Shown: positions 23,140 through 32,000 of the stretch, one piece after another | Layout: every line of letters begins with the position of its first letter | Position numbering within the stretch: position 1 is the first letter of the stretch | Source: Telmatocola sphagniphila | GTDB taxonomy: Bacteria > Planctomycetota > Planctomycetia > Gemmatales > Gemmataceae | Length of the DNA: 32,000 nucleotides | Direction of reading: 5' to 3' | Assembly (NCBI RefSeq): GCF_018398935.1 | Contig: NZ_CP074694.1 | Location: 1,230,001-1,262,000 of the forward strand | The notes under the pieces: model-generated | Seen by the model: only the letters and a program-made list of their open reading frames with translations | Told to the model about the DNA's origin: nothing | Database searches by the model: none | Translations under genes and position numbers: made by a program

Positions 23140-24555
23140 TCACTCTGGCAGAGGTTTGCCCTTAGTTTCGGGAAGGAAGAATATGGCCACAAAGCCCAGC
23201 GCAAAGACCGAACACATGGTCATGGCCGCCTGTCGCTGAGGCTCCGCGAATCCTTCATTTTTATAGTAGGTTCTGATGGGGATCAGTAGCAGTGGTCCCG
23301 CCGCGGCCACAAACCTTCCGACATTGTAGCAGAAGGAAGTTCCAGTACTCCGCAATCGAGTGGGGAAGAGTTCGGGGAGGTAGATAGCGTAGCCACCGAA
23401 CAGTGCCAGCTGGCAAAAACCCATTAAAGGCACCATCCAGAAAATATCGCTTTTCGTTTCCAGTTTCCAGAAGACAAGTATGGTGCTCATAGCAGCAGCA
23501 ACAAAAGCGATGGCGAAGGCAATTCTTCTGCCGGTGTAGTTAGTCAGCCAGCTGAAAGATAGCATGCCGAAGAGTGCACCGATATTCATCACAATACCGG
23601 TGATACCTCCCCAGGTCATCACCTGACGATCCACTTCAGCCGGAGACATTCCTTGCTCCGTAAAAGATTTTCTTATAACAGTCTGCGTCAAATCGGTGCT
23701 GAAAAATCCAATTCCCCAGAGGCCAACCACGCCCGAAAATGCAAGTAGGGCTCCCAAAAGGGCGTGTCGTCTCCAGCGTGGATCTTCAAAAAGGTCCCGA
23801 TATGAACCGACTCGGGGATGATCCTTGCCCTCGCGTTGCAACCGCTTCGCTTCGAGCCAACTTTCCGGTTCTTTCAATCTCGTTTGGATGAATATCACCA
23901 GGATTGCAGGGACAATTCCGACCAGAAACATGATTTGCCAAGCAGACAACGGCTTAAGACTTTCTTGATCGACGTTTCCCAGACCAATAAACAGAAGCCC
24001 TGCGGAGCAGTTTCCTACCGTCGAGAACGACTGCAACATGCCGAGCGTATAGGGCCGTGCCTGAGCCGGAATGGTCTCAGCGAGAAGTGCCACGGCCACA
24101 GCAAAGACTCCTCCCACACCTAAACCGGTAAGAAATCGGTAGAGTGCAAAATCCCAAACGCTAGTTGAGAAAGCACTAAGGCCAGTAAAAATGGAGTAGA
24201 GGATAATTGTCCACTTCAAAGTTTTGACTCGGCCTATGCGATCCCCCATGACCCCGAAGGTGAGTCCTCCTGTGGCCCAGCCGATCAGGAATATCGAAGT
24301 GGTAATGTCCGAGAAATCTTTTACAGCTTTATCGAACGCTTCTTTTTTGGATTCATCTTCCCGCAATTCGGAAGGTAACAAGCTTCTAATGGCCTTTTGC
24401 CTGGCCATCACGAACAGCTGTTGATCCATGCAATCCGCCATCCAGGCTGTGGCGACCACAAAAAACACAAACCAGTGGTATCGATTGAGTTGCCGGAGTG
24501 ACCCCCAGCCCGCATTGGAGGCCTGAGGCATTGAAGAACCATCGACGAGAGCCAT
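23140..24555 (-). CDS. MFS transporter (sugar/metabolite porter-like)
   Basis: ATG at 24555, 471 aa, about 12 hydrophobic helices, and motif A GVMGDRIGRVKTL. Confidence 0.9.
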   Translation of the reverse strand: MALVDGSSMPQASNAGWGSLRQLNRYHWFVFFVVATAWMADCMDQQLFVMARQKAIRSLLPSELREDESKKEAFDKAVKDFSDITTSIFLIGWATGGLTFGVMGDRIGRVKTLKWTIILYSIFTGLSAFSTSVWDFALYRFLTGLGVGGVFAVAVALLAETIPAQARPYTLGMLQSFSTVGNCSAGLLFIGLGNVDQESLKPLSAWQIMFLVGIVPAILVIFIQTRLKEPESWLEAKRLQREGKDHPRVGSYRDLFEDPRWRRHALLGALLAFSGVVGLWGIGFFSTDLTQTVIRKSFTEQGMSPAEVDRQVMTWGGITGIVMNIGALFGMLSFSWLTNYTGRRIAFAIAFVAAAMSTILVFWKLETKSDIFWMVPLMGFCQLALFGGYAIYLPELFPTRLRSTGTSFCYNVGRFVAAAGPLLLIPIRTYYKNEGFAEPQRQAAMTMCSVFALGFVAIFFLPETKGKPLPE

Positions 24556-24695
24556 TCGAAATCCTGTTTCAAAGTGGATTTTGGCGGGAAAGCTGGTTCA
24601 AATCATACCGTCTACCTCAGGAATTGCCAATAATATCCGCTTTTGAACGGGATTCGCTACAATACTTAATCCAATATTTTTTTGAAGAGTATGCA

Positions 24696-25517
24696 GTGGC
24701 AGATTCTCTCAATTTGAAGTGCGGATTCATAGGTGCTGGGCAAATGGCAACTGCCCTGGCACTGGGCTGGATTCGCGCGGGCTTCTTTAAGCCTTCTCAA
24801 ATTGTCGGAAGTTCTCGCACTGAAAGGTCCCGTAAAAAATTCGAGCAGGGCACGGGTAGCAAAACTTCGCACGATAATGCCAAGATTGCCCGGACGAGCG
24901 ATCTTCTGGTTTTGTCTGTCAAACCGAAATTTCTCGCGGATGCGATGGATTCGATTCGGGAGAGCCTTAAGCCGGAAGCTTTGATCGTTTCCGTGGTGGC
25001 GGGAGTGCCTATCTCGAAAATTGCTGAAGGTCTAGGTGACAAACGAGCCATCGTTCGGGTGATGCCGAATACGCCGTGTCTGGTCGGCCAGGGAGTTTCC
25101 GGAATCGCCTTTGGTCCTCACGTTTCGGATGGCTTTCAACAACTGATTTATCAACTGTTCAGTTCCGTAGGCATGGCTAACGTCGTTCCGGAAAATCTGA
25201 TAGATGCGGTGAATGGAATCAGTGGTTGCGGGCCGGCTTACGCATTTTTGATGATCGAAGCACTCGCGGACGGTGCAGTCAAAATGGGAATTGCACGCGA
25301 TATGGCGATTTCCATGGCCGCTCAGACTCTTCTGGGAGCCTCGAAAATGGTTCTCGAAACTCAGCAGCACCCTGCCGCCTTGAAGGATGCCGTTTGCAGC
25401 CCGGCCGGGACGACCATCGCCGGAATTCACGAACTGGAAAAAGCGGGAGTGCGAGCCGCATTGATGAATGCCGTCCAGGCCGCCACCCATCGCGCCCATG
25501 AATTAGGGAAACAATAG
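24696..25517 (+). CDS. proC: Pyrroline-5-carboxylate reductase
   Basis: [18 protein letters not shown] (Rossmann), [14 protein letters not shown] and [16 protein letters not shown]. The start is probably GTG 24696 or TTG 24714. The ORF-track start at 24498 would overlap the divergent MFS gene. Confidence 0.9.
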   Translation: MADSLNLKCGFIGAGQMATALALGWIRAGFFKPSQIVGSSRTERSRKKFEQGTGSKTSHDNAKIARTSDLLVLSVKPKFLADAMDSIRESLKPEALIVSVVAGVPISKIAEGLGDKRAIVRVMPNTPCLVGQGVSGIAFGPHVSDGFQQLIYQLFSSVGMANVVPENLIDAVNGISGCGPAYAFLMIEALADGAVKMGIARDMAISMAAQTLLGASKMVLETQQHPAALKDAVCSPAGTTIAGIHELEKAGVRAALMNAVQAATHRAHELGKQ

Positions 25518-25519
25518 GC

Positions 25520-27061
25520 ATGAACCAGGAACCGATCCTGATTTTCGATTTTGGCTCTCAGTTTGCACAATTGATCGCTCGGAGGGTACGCGAACTTAAC
25601 GTTTTCTGCCAGCTGGTGCGACACGATTTGCCTGCGGCCCGAGTGCGAGAACTCAACCCCAAAGGCCTCATTTTCTCAGGCGGACCAGCCAGCGTTTATG
25701 AGAAGAGCGCCCCAAAATGCGATCCCAAAATTTACGATCTGGGAATTCCCATTCTGGGAATTTGTTATGGGATGCATCTGGTCTCACACGATCTGGGCGC
25801 GAAGGTTGATCCGGCGCATAGTCGCGAATTTGGCCGAGCCATTCTGCACGTTCATTCCGCGACCGGTTTTTTGGAGGGGCTACCTGATAAATCGACGGTA
25901 TGGATGAGCCATGGCGATCAGGTGAATCAAAGTTCGAACGACTTCGAAATGCTGGCCTCAACGGATACTTGCCCTTGGGCGGCGGTTCGGCATAAAACCC
26001 GGCCGATCTATGGCATTCAATTCCATCCTGAAGTCAATCACACCGAGCAGGGGCGATTGATTCTCAAGAATTTTCTGATGAACATCTGCGGCTGTCATGC
26101 CCTTTGGAAAATGCAGACATTCATCGACCGGACAATTTCCGAAATTCGCGAAAAAGTTGGCAATAATCGGGTGATTTGCGGACTTTCCGGCGGGGTAGAT
26201 TCCTCGGTGGTGGCCGCCCTACTCCTGAAGGCCATCGGGCCGCAGGCTGCCTGCATCTTCGTCGATAACGGGCTATTGCGGATGGGAGAAGCCGATGCAG
26301 TTCGAAAAATGTTCAGCGAATGGTATAAAGCCGATCTTCATATGGTCGATGCGGAGAAACGTTTCCTGGATGCTCTGAAAGATGTCTCAGATCCTCAATT
26401 GAAGAGAAAAACTATCGGATATCATTTCATCGAAGTCTTCAAGCAGGAAGCTCGTAGTATCCCAAACGCGAAATTCCTAGCTCAAGGGACTCTCTACCCG
26501 GATGTGATCGAAAGTGGCGGAGCTGTCGATGGACCCGCGGCCACCATCAAGACTCACCATAATGTCGGAGGATTACCCAAGGAACTCGGATTTGAACTGA
26601 TTGAGCCGCTGAGGGACCTGTTTAAAGACGAGGTGCGACGATTGGGCGTTGAACTCGGTTTGCCCGAAGAATTGGTTTGGCGGCATCCTTTTCCCGGCCC
26701 AGGTCTGGCGGTACGATGTCTCGGAAACATTACCAAAGATCGGCTCGAAATCCTTCGCAAGGCGGACAAGATTTTCCTCCAGGAACTTAAAGAGTCGGGT
26801 TGGTACAAAAAAACCTCTCAAGCCTTTGTAGTGCTCCTCCCGGTCCAGTCGGTGGGTGTGATGGGAGATGGCCGGACGTATGAGAATGCCGTCGCCCTCC
26901 GAGCCGTTCAAACCGACGATTTCATGACGGCCGACTGGTCGCACTTGCCGCATGATTTCCTGGCGAAAATTTCTACCCGTATCATCAATGAGGTCCGGGG
27001 TGTTAATCGCGTGGTTTACGATATCAGCAGTAAACCACCAGCTACCATTGAGTGGGAATAA
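25520..27061 (+). CDS. guaA: GMP synthase (glutamine-hydrolysing)
   Basis: ATG at 25520, 513 aa. GATase domain [16 protein letters not shown]-loop [10 protein letters not shown], and C-terminal PPATIEWE. Confidence 0.97.
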   Translation: MNQEPILIFDFGSQFAQLIARRVRELNVFCQLVRHDLPAARVRELNPKGLIFSGGPASVYEKSAPKCDPKIYDLGIPILGICYGMHLVSHDLGAKVDPAHSREFGRAILHVHSATGFLEGLPDKSTVWMSHGDQVNQSSNDFEMLASTDTCPWAAVRHKTRPIYGIQFHPEVNHTEQGRLILKNFLMNICGCHALWKMQTFIDRTISEIREKVGNNRVICGLSGGVDSSVVAALLLKAIGPQAACIFVDNGLLRMGEADAVRKMFSEWYKADLHMVDAEKRFLDALKDVSDPQLKRKTIGYHFIEVFKQEARSIPNAKFLAQGTLYPDVIESGGAVDGPAATIKTHHNVGGLPKELGFELIEPLRDLFKDEVRRLGVELGLPEELVWRHPFPGPGLAVRCLGNITKDRLEILRKADKIFLQELKESGWYKKTSQAFVVLLPVQSVGVMGDGRTYENAVALRAVQTDDFMTADWSHLPHDFLAKISTRIINEVRGVNRVVYDISSKPPATIEWE

Positions 27062-27065
27062 GACG

Positions 27066-27902
27066 ATGAAGTTTACCAAGATGCAGGGTGCTGGCAACGA
27101 TTACGTTTATGTCGATTGCTTCCGCGAGAAATTCCCGGCAGATCCTGCGAAACTTAGCAGGGCGGTCAGCGACCGGCATTTCGGTATCGGTTCGGACGGA
27201 ATGATTCTGATCTGTCCTTCCGAAAAAGCCGATGCACGCATGCGGATGTTCAATAGCGATGGTTCCGAAGGTGAAATGTGCGGTAATGGCTTGCGCTGTG
27301 TCGCCAAATATGTTTACGATCATGGAATCTCTAAGAACGAGACACTGAAACTGGAAACGGGGCGCGGAATTCTGACAGTCGATTTGCTGATAGAGCAGGG
27401 TAAAGTTCATCGCGCAAAAGTGAATATGGGCGAGCCGATTCTCCTATCCGAAAAGATTCCCACGACTCTCCCGGGAGATCCTCCCAAGAATGTCCCTTTG
27501 AATATTGAGGGAACCAATCTAGAAGTCACCTGCGTCTCCATGGGAAATCCCCATTGCGTCATATTCGTTCCCGAAATCACAGATCATCAGGTTCTCTTGC
27601 TCGGCCCCCAGCTCGAAAAGCATCCCGCTTTTCCCCGACGAATTAACGTGGAATGGATCCAGGTTTTGAGCCGATCAGAAGCACGCATGCGAGTCTGGGA
27701 ACGCGGGAGTGGAGAGACCCTGGCCTGTGGCACTGGAGCCTGCGGAGCCACTGTGGCCGGTATTTTAACGGGGCGTTTCGATCGATCCGTAAAAATGCAT
27801 CTGTTGGGGGGAGATCTCGAATTGCACTGGTCGGAAAAGGACAATCATGTTTATATGACAGGACCCGCCGCGGAAGTTTTCAGCGGTGAATGGCCAACAT
27901 AA
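27066..27902 (+). CDS. dapF: Diaminopimelate epimerase
   Basis: ATG at 27066 gives [17 protein letters not shown]. Catalytic Cys motifs are [13 protein letters not shown] and ETLACGTGA. Confidence 0.95.
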   Translation: MKFTKMQGAGNDYVYVDCFREKFPADPAKLSRAVSDRHFGIGSDGMILICPSEKADARMRMFNSDGSEGEMCGNGLRCVAKYVYDHGISKNETLKLETGRGILTVDLLIEQGKVHRAKVNMGEPILLSEKIPTTLPGDPPKNVPLNIEGTNLEVTCVSMGNPHCVIFVPEITDHQVLLLGPQLEKHPAFPRRINVEWIQVLSRSEARMRVWERGSGETLACGTGACGATVAGILTGRFDRSVKMHLLGGDLELHWSEKDNHVYMTGPAAEVFSGEWPT

Positions 27903-27906
27903 GCGG

Positions 27907-28638
27907 ATGGAAGGAAAGGATTCCATGAAGATTCGCAATCCTCTCGTTATTAAAGCCATTGGTTTTCTGGGCGCGGGCATTATTCGCGCCTGGATGTCCA
28001 CCATCCGAATCGATTATGAAATCTGCGATAAGGAATTGAATCCTTGGAATCCCAAGGGGCCTTCCGGTGCGGGTATTGGTACTTTCTGGCACGAAAATAT
28101 TCTTGGCCCCGCTTTCTTTTTTCGCAATTGTCGGGCTTCAGTACTGATCAGTTCCCATGCCGATGGCGAAATGATAGCCCGCGTCATTACCCGTTTGGGA
28201 TTTGGTTTGGTCCGCGGTTCAACGACCCGGGGCGGTGTCAAAGCAATACGAGAACTGGTTGCATCGGGTAAATTAAATCATCTGGCGATTACGCCGGATG
28301 GCCCGCGCGGTCCGCGAAGGGTATGCCAGCAAGGAATTGGCATGGTTTCGATTATGACGGGTCTGCCCGTTTATCCGATTGGAATAGCTTACCGAAGTGC
28401 TTGGTACGCCCGGAGTTGGGATCAGTTTGGAATTCCGAAACCTTTTAGCCGCTGCTGTGTAATTTTAGGCCCTGCGGTCCGGCCCGATAATTATCGCCTT
28501 TCGCAGTTGGAACTGCACACCGCGGAAATTCAGAAGGCCATGGAAACGATCACGGCTCGGGCGGAATACTGGCGTATCCATGGCCATTTTCCATCTGATA
28601 CTGGCGAGACAGAGATTTCCCTTGCGAAGGCCGCTTAA
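27907..28638 (+). CDS. DUF374-family protein (lysophospholipid acyltransferase-like)
   Basis: ATG at 27907 lies 4 nt after the dapF stop. Alternative starts are 27886 (GTG) and 27925 (ATG). WHENILGP...LISSHADGEMIARVITRLGFGLVRGSTTRGG...ITPDGPRGPRR matches my recollection of DUF374. Confidence 0.8.
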   Translation: MEGKDSMKIRNPLVIKAIGFLGAGIIRAWMSTIRIDYEICDKELNPWNPKGPSGAGIGTFWHENILGPAFFFRNCRASVLISSHADGEMIARVITRLGFGLVRGSTTRGGVKAIRELVASGKLNHLAITPDGPRGPRRVCQQGIGMVSIMTGLPVYPIGIAYRSAWYARSWDQFGIPKPFSRCCVILGPAVRPDNYRLSQLELHTAEIQKAMETITARAEYWRIHGHFPSDTGETEISLAKAA

Positions 28639-28650
28639 TACTCTGATGGA

Positions 28651-30189
28651 ATGATTCGGTCACTCAAAGCGATCTTCCGCTCTACAACTGTACGATTAAT
28701 TTCCGCCTGGCTTCTGGCGATCACTTTTATTCTTATCCGTCAGATCAATTGTCGTTTGTCATTCGATGACGACAAGAGTTGGTTCTGGGATCGCGTGAGG
28801 CCCTATGTTCCTGAAGTTTGGCCCTTCCCACTACCCACGGGAAAACCCAAATTCACCGACCCCGAGCAAACACCCCGCCGCGATAATAACGATGCTCATA
28901 AACAGATCGACTTCGGTGGCCAGTGGGTGTTAGCGAGAATGCTGACCACCGGGCATGGAAATTCGCTGTATAATCCCTTAATCCAGCGCGAAATCATCAG
29001 CGCGGCCTACCCGATCAGTAATGAAAGCCCCACTCAGAAGACGCGGGATTCCGACGATCTCTACGATTCCTTCGTAGCTCTCCAGGCGGGAGATCCGCCT
29101 CATGAAATTCGCGGTCCGCTTTATCCTCCTTTACTCGCTTTCTTTCTGGCCCCTTACGCAATTGATAACGATCCACAGAGAGCCTATTTTGTTCATCAGT
29201 ACTTTCTGATGGGATGTACGATATTTGGAGCTTTGGGCATTTCTCTGATCACGCGTCGACGCATCTGGTGGCCCGTCGCGATCTGCCTGATTCTCGTTTT
29301 TCCCGGGTCGCGCGCCTGTTTTGAACTGGGCCAGAATGCTTTAGTGACGCTGCTGATTCTCATTTGGGGCTGGGTATTTCTTACTCGCGATAAGCCGGTA
29401 ATCGCGGGAATAATCTGGGGCTTATTGGCTTACAAGCCGGTCTGGGCAATGTCCTATTTCTTTGCATTAATTCTGTTGCGTCATTACCGGATGGCTCTGG
29501 TGATGGTGATAACTGGGATAGTCCTGGGTTTGGCAACACTTCCTGTCGTTGGAGTACAGAGCTGGCTGGATTGGTTGAAAATTGGGGGACGAGCGTCCGA
29601 GATGTACGGTATCGATGCGGCGTGGATCCCACTTAGCCGGGATCTGTTCGGCCTGCCGCGCCGATTTTTGACTCCTTTTCATTTGCCGCAGGAGGAAAGA
29701 TGGACACTGGCTGGCTTCCTGGCAGGTTGGGGGCTATGGGTGTTTGTCTTTCAGGTTTCGCTGCAACTGTATTACTGGAGGAGTGCATCCGCATTGCGAG
29801 TGCCGTTCATTTTGCTAGCCTCCTGGATGCTGACTTATCATTTCGTCTATTACGATGCGGCTATTGCAGCCTTCCCTTTTTTGCTGCTGATCGATGCTCA
29901 AAGAATGGTGGGAAAGAGCGGTCCCACCATGACCAGTGGTGTGCGACCGCTCTATTTCTACTTCGGATTACTATTTGCCTTCGAAAATGTGCTTTATCCC
30001 TTGCGCATCCGAAGCACTGTCGTCGCAGAACGTTTTGCGGAACTCATACCGATTCCGGGAGGATCTGCAGAATATTATCCCCGCCTGATCATTACCACCG
30101 ATGAATGGACTGCCTGGCCGACGATCTTTCTGCTCGCCGTCTGGTTATGGTGCGCCCGTGAAATGATTCGTTTTGGGAAGCCCCAGTAG
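28651..30189 (+). CDS. Polytopic membrane glycosyltransferase, GT87/DUF2029-like (GT-C fold)
   Basis: ATG at 28651, 512 aa, with more than 10 hydrophobic helices. The N-terminal loop DFGGQWVLARMLTTGHGNSLYNP...PLYPPLLAFFLAPYA resembles DUF2029 mannosyltransferases. Confidence 0.65.
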   Translation: MIRSLKAIFRSTTVRLISAWLLAITFILIRQINCRLSFDDDKSWFWDRVRPYVPEVWPFPLPTGKPKFTDPEQTPRRDNNDAHKQIDFGGQWVLARMLTTGHGNSLYNPLIQREIISAAYPISNESPTQKTRDSDDLYDSFVALQAGDPPHEIRGPLYPPLLAFFLAPYAIDNDPQRAYFVHQYFLMGCTIFGALGISLITRRRIWWPVAICLILVFPGSRACFELGQNALVTLLILIWGWVFLTRDKPVIAGIIWGLLAYKPVWAMSYFFALILLRHYRMALVMVITGIVLGLATLPVVGVQSWLDWLKIGGRASEMYGIDAAWIPLSRDLFGLPRRFLTPFHLPQEERWTLAGFLAGWGLWVFVFQVSLQLYYWRSASALRVPFILLASWMLTYHFVYYDAAIAAFPFLLLIDAQRMVGKSGPTMTSGVRPLYFYFGLLFAFENVLYPLRIRSTVVAERFAELIPIPGGSAEYYPRLIITTDEWTAWPTIFLLAVWLWCAREMIRFGKPQ

Positions 30190-30954
30190 TTGGTCCAGAG
30201 CTTCTCCGATATCGGGTGAACGCATGAGAGATTCTCCAACCAAGACGGCTTTCGCTCCCGCATTCTCCAGAAGTCGCAAGTCGGCAGAGGTGCGGATACC
30301 GCTCTCACTGACTACCAGTCGATCGTGAGGGATCTTCGGAATCAAACTCAACGTCGTCTCCAGGCGAGTTTCAAAACTTCGAAGATCTCGGTTATTGATG
30401 CCGATGAGCGGGCAACCGGTATCCACTACGCGATTCAGCTGGTCCACGTCGTGAAATTCGATGAGAGTATCCAATCCTTGTTGAGTCGCGAAGTCGTACA
30501 AATCTTTCATTTGCGAGCCCGGAAGACATTCGGCGATCAGGAGCACCGCATCCGCCCCTGCAAATCGAGCTTCAAGAATCTGATAAGTATCGATGATGAA
30601 TTCTTTTCTCAAAAGTGGAATTTTGACTTCCTTCCGGATCGCTTTCAGGTAGTCCAAGTCCCCTTGAAAGTACTCCTTATCCGTGAGGACGCTAATGCAA
30701 TCGGCCCGATGCCGAGCGTAAATTTTCGCAATCTGGACAGGATCGAAATCTGCTCGAATCACTCCGGCCGAAGGGGAAGCTTTCTTAACTTCCGCGATTA
30801 TCCGAATACCCGGCTCGCTGAGCGCCTTCAGGAACGATTTCGATCGGATTGGAGGTACGAGGTGGTCTTCCAGTACTTTCTGCGGCAGCAGAGACTTGGC
30901 TCTTTCAATTTCAATTCGCTTCGTCTGAACGATCTGGTCGAGGATCGTACCCAT
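30145..30954 (-). CDS. trpC: Indole-3-glycerol phosphate synthase
   Basis: ATG at 30954, 269 aa. ILDQIVQTKRIEI...IIAEVKKASPSAGVIR...ISVLTD..FQG...LLRKEFIID.YQ is the classic TrpC pattern. Confidence 0.95.
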   Translation of the reverse strand: MGTILDQIVQTKRIEIERAKSLLPQKVLEDHLVPPIRSKSFLKALSEPGIRIIAEVKKASPSAGVIRADFDPVQIAKIYARHRADCISVLTDKEYFQGDLDYLKAIRKEVKIPLLRKEFIIDTYQILEARFAGADAVLLIAECLPGSQMKDLYDFATQQGLDTLIEFHDVDQLNRVVDTGCPLIGINNRDLRSFETRLETTLSLIPKIPHDRLVVSESGIRTSADLRLLENAGAKAVLVGESLMRSPDIGEALDQLLGLPKTNHFTGAP

Positions 30955-31083
30955 ATTTGCACGTAGCCCAGTCCAAGGGATTCTCGTATTTTTTCAGAGC
31001 AGAGTATTTTAGAGAATGTTACCGAATTTCACGGGATTGAAATCCAGATCGCCGGTCTACCAGAGGCTCAAGGAGACAAAAAT

Positions 31084-32000
31084 TTGATTTTGTTCAGCGC
31101 GGCGCCTCCCGACGATGTGGCCGATATCAGTTCGTCCTGGTCTAGTATGCTCGCGCTGATGGTCTGTTACCTGATCGTGCTCCTGCTGGCTGCAATTCCA
31201 CTCATCTGGCGAGCAGTATTTCGACACGGACCGATACCAACTCAATCCGACATTCATCTAGTTCAACAAAGAATGCTGCCTGGCGGCGTAATTACACTGC
31301 TGGCGATGGCTTTGATTCTTATCCCGATATTAACTGCTCAATTGGTGGGGGGATTCCAAAAAAATCCCTCCACAGGGGATCCCGCCGAGATTTCTAATCG
31401 AGAGACTTTGGCGATGCTTGTGGCGTTTCCCTTGCAGTTTTTCTGCCTGGCTGCGTTTCAGATGTTTTTCAGCATCTGGAGCGCTCAGGCCGTGGGAATG
31501 ACTCGTGGTTCTTATCAGCGCGCTTTCTGGATCTGGTTAGTGGTCACACCCGTGGTTTTTATAATATTTCAAATTACATTAAGCTTTTTTTCGGATGCGG
31601 ATGTTCACCCGATTGCGAAAAAACTTTCTCAACTGGACGTTCTGGGGAAGATTGTCCTCTCCCTGCAACCGGTGCTTTTCGCTCCACTGATGGAGGAGTG
31701 GTTCTTTCGGGGAATTCTTTTGAAATGGCAGCTGCAGCAGGATAGTTCAAACTCAAACGCAGAAACCATACCTTATGCGGTGGAGATAATCTTTCTGATT
31801 GCTTTCGTATTTGGGGCTCTCTGTGATCAGAAGGCCGGAATGGTGGGGATGATTGCCGGTGTTTATATCGTAATGCAACTCCTGAGTCGCTCCAGCTGGT
31901 TTGTTCGAAAGTGCAAACTTTTGAATTCCGGATGGGTGAAGATCATCTTCGCGAATTCGATTCTCTTCGCGGCCATTCATGCGACGGTGTGGCCAACGCC
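31084..32000 (+). CDS. CPBP-family intramembrane glutamic endopeptidase (CAAX protease-like), 3'-truncated by the window edge
   Basis: This gene is not in the ORF track because it has no stop in the window. I read frame 1 as open from 30967 to 32000. AAGGAG (31070-31075) lies 8 nt before TTG 31084, and ATG 31147 is an alternative start. Motifs PLMEEWFFRGILL (EExxxR) and ILFAAIH (FxxxH). Confidence 0.8.
   Translation, partial: MILFSAAPPDDVADISSSWSSMLALMVCYLIVLLLAAIPLIWRAVFRHGPIPTQSDIHLVQQRMLPGGVITLLAMALILIPILTAQLVGGFQKNPSTGDPAEISNRETLAMLVAFPLQFFCLAAFQMFFSIWSAQAVGMTRGSYQRAFWIWLVVTPVVFIIFQITLSFFSDADVHPIAKKLSQLDVLGKIVLSLQPVLFAPLMEEWFFRGILLKWQLQQDSSNSNAETIPYAVEIIFLIAFVFGALCDQKAGMVGMIAGVYIVMQLLSRSSWFVRKCKLLNSGWVKIIFANSILFAAIHATVWPT

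Noticed and set aside
22857-23204. 115-aa minus ORF competing with the 83/87-aa ORF
   Set aside because: It overlaps the MFS 3' end by ~65 nt, and its Arg/Cys/Thr-rich composition looks non-coding. The other frame looks more protein-like.
24559-24581. 6-bp inverted repeat AAATCC-N11-GGATTT next to the MFS start
   Set aside because: It is short, imperfectly extendable, and expected by chance. Not reported as a feature.
24498-24695. N-terminal extension of proC given in the ORF track (339 aa)
   Set aside because: The extension overlaps the divergent MFS start and adds ~66 residues before the Rossmann fold that P5C reductases do not have. Internal GTG 24696 or TTG 24714 fits better.
25032-25499. 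155-aa minus ORF antisense to proC (likewise 26573-27097 antisense to guaA)
   Set aside because: Shadow ORFs inside highly conserved housekeeping genes.
26952-27065. N-terminal extension of dapF overlapping the guaA 3' end
   Set aside because: DapF homologues begin at [16 protein letters not shown] 27066 lies 4 nt after the guaA stop.
27728-27743. TGGCAC hits resembling the sigma-54 -24 element (also 28087-28102 and ~24750)
   Set aside because: All are inside coding regions, and the -12 TTGC element is missing at the required spacing.
1-32000. Search for CRISPR arrays, tandem repeats, IS elements, integrases and prophage or defence genes
   Set aside because: I saw no regularly spaced direct repeats, no transposase-, integrase- or nuclease-like ORFs, and no long inverted terminal repeats. 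The window reads as core chromosome.

Overview
This looks like a chromosomal, mostly housekeeping window of about 50% GC by eye. I call 24 protein-coding genes, tightly packed on both strands, the last one running off the 3' edge. I can support no rRNA, tRNA, CRISPR array, transposase or integrase. Clearly recognisable genes are rpe, thyX, rho, proC, guaA, dapF and trpC, plus a THUMP/SAM RNA methyltransferase, two MFS transporters, an AMP-dependent ligase, an alpha/beta hydrolase and an FAD oxidoreductase. The rest of the gene content is a Hanks kinase, an FHA-sigma54 activator, a BatA/VWA membrane protein, a Pro/Thr-rich lipoprotein, a DUF374+GT87 pair and a CPBP protease. Together with the near absence of intrinsic terminators, this suggests a Planctomycetota-like genome, but that is inference only. 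It is not a classic accessory or defence island. Four things are most worth a second look. (1) A tightly coupled minus-strand operon (17634-22653) starts with a SWIM-like protein in which all four zinc ligands are substituted, followed by a protein with C-terminal HEAT repeats, a THUMP methyltransferase and an amine-oxidase-like flavoprotein. (2) A CPC-type P1B ATPase is fused through an extra TM helix to a C-terminal SPFH/HflK-like domain. (3) A [2Fe-2S] ferredoxin domain is fused to an apparently active Ser/Thr kinase. (4) An FHA-GAF-sigma54 enhancer-binding protein lies divergent from the ATPase fusion. All functional links between these are hypotheses. Family assignments come from motifs I read in the translations, not from searches.
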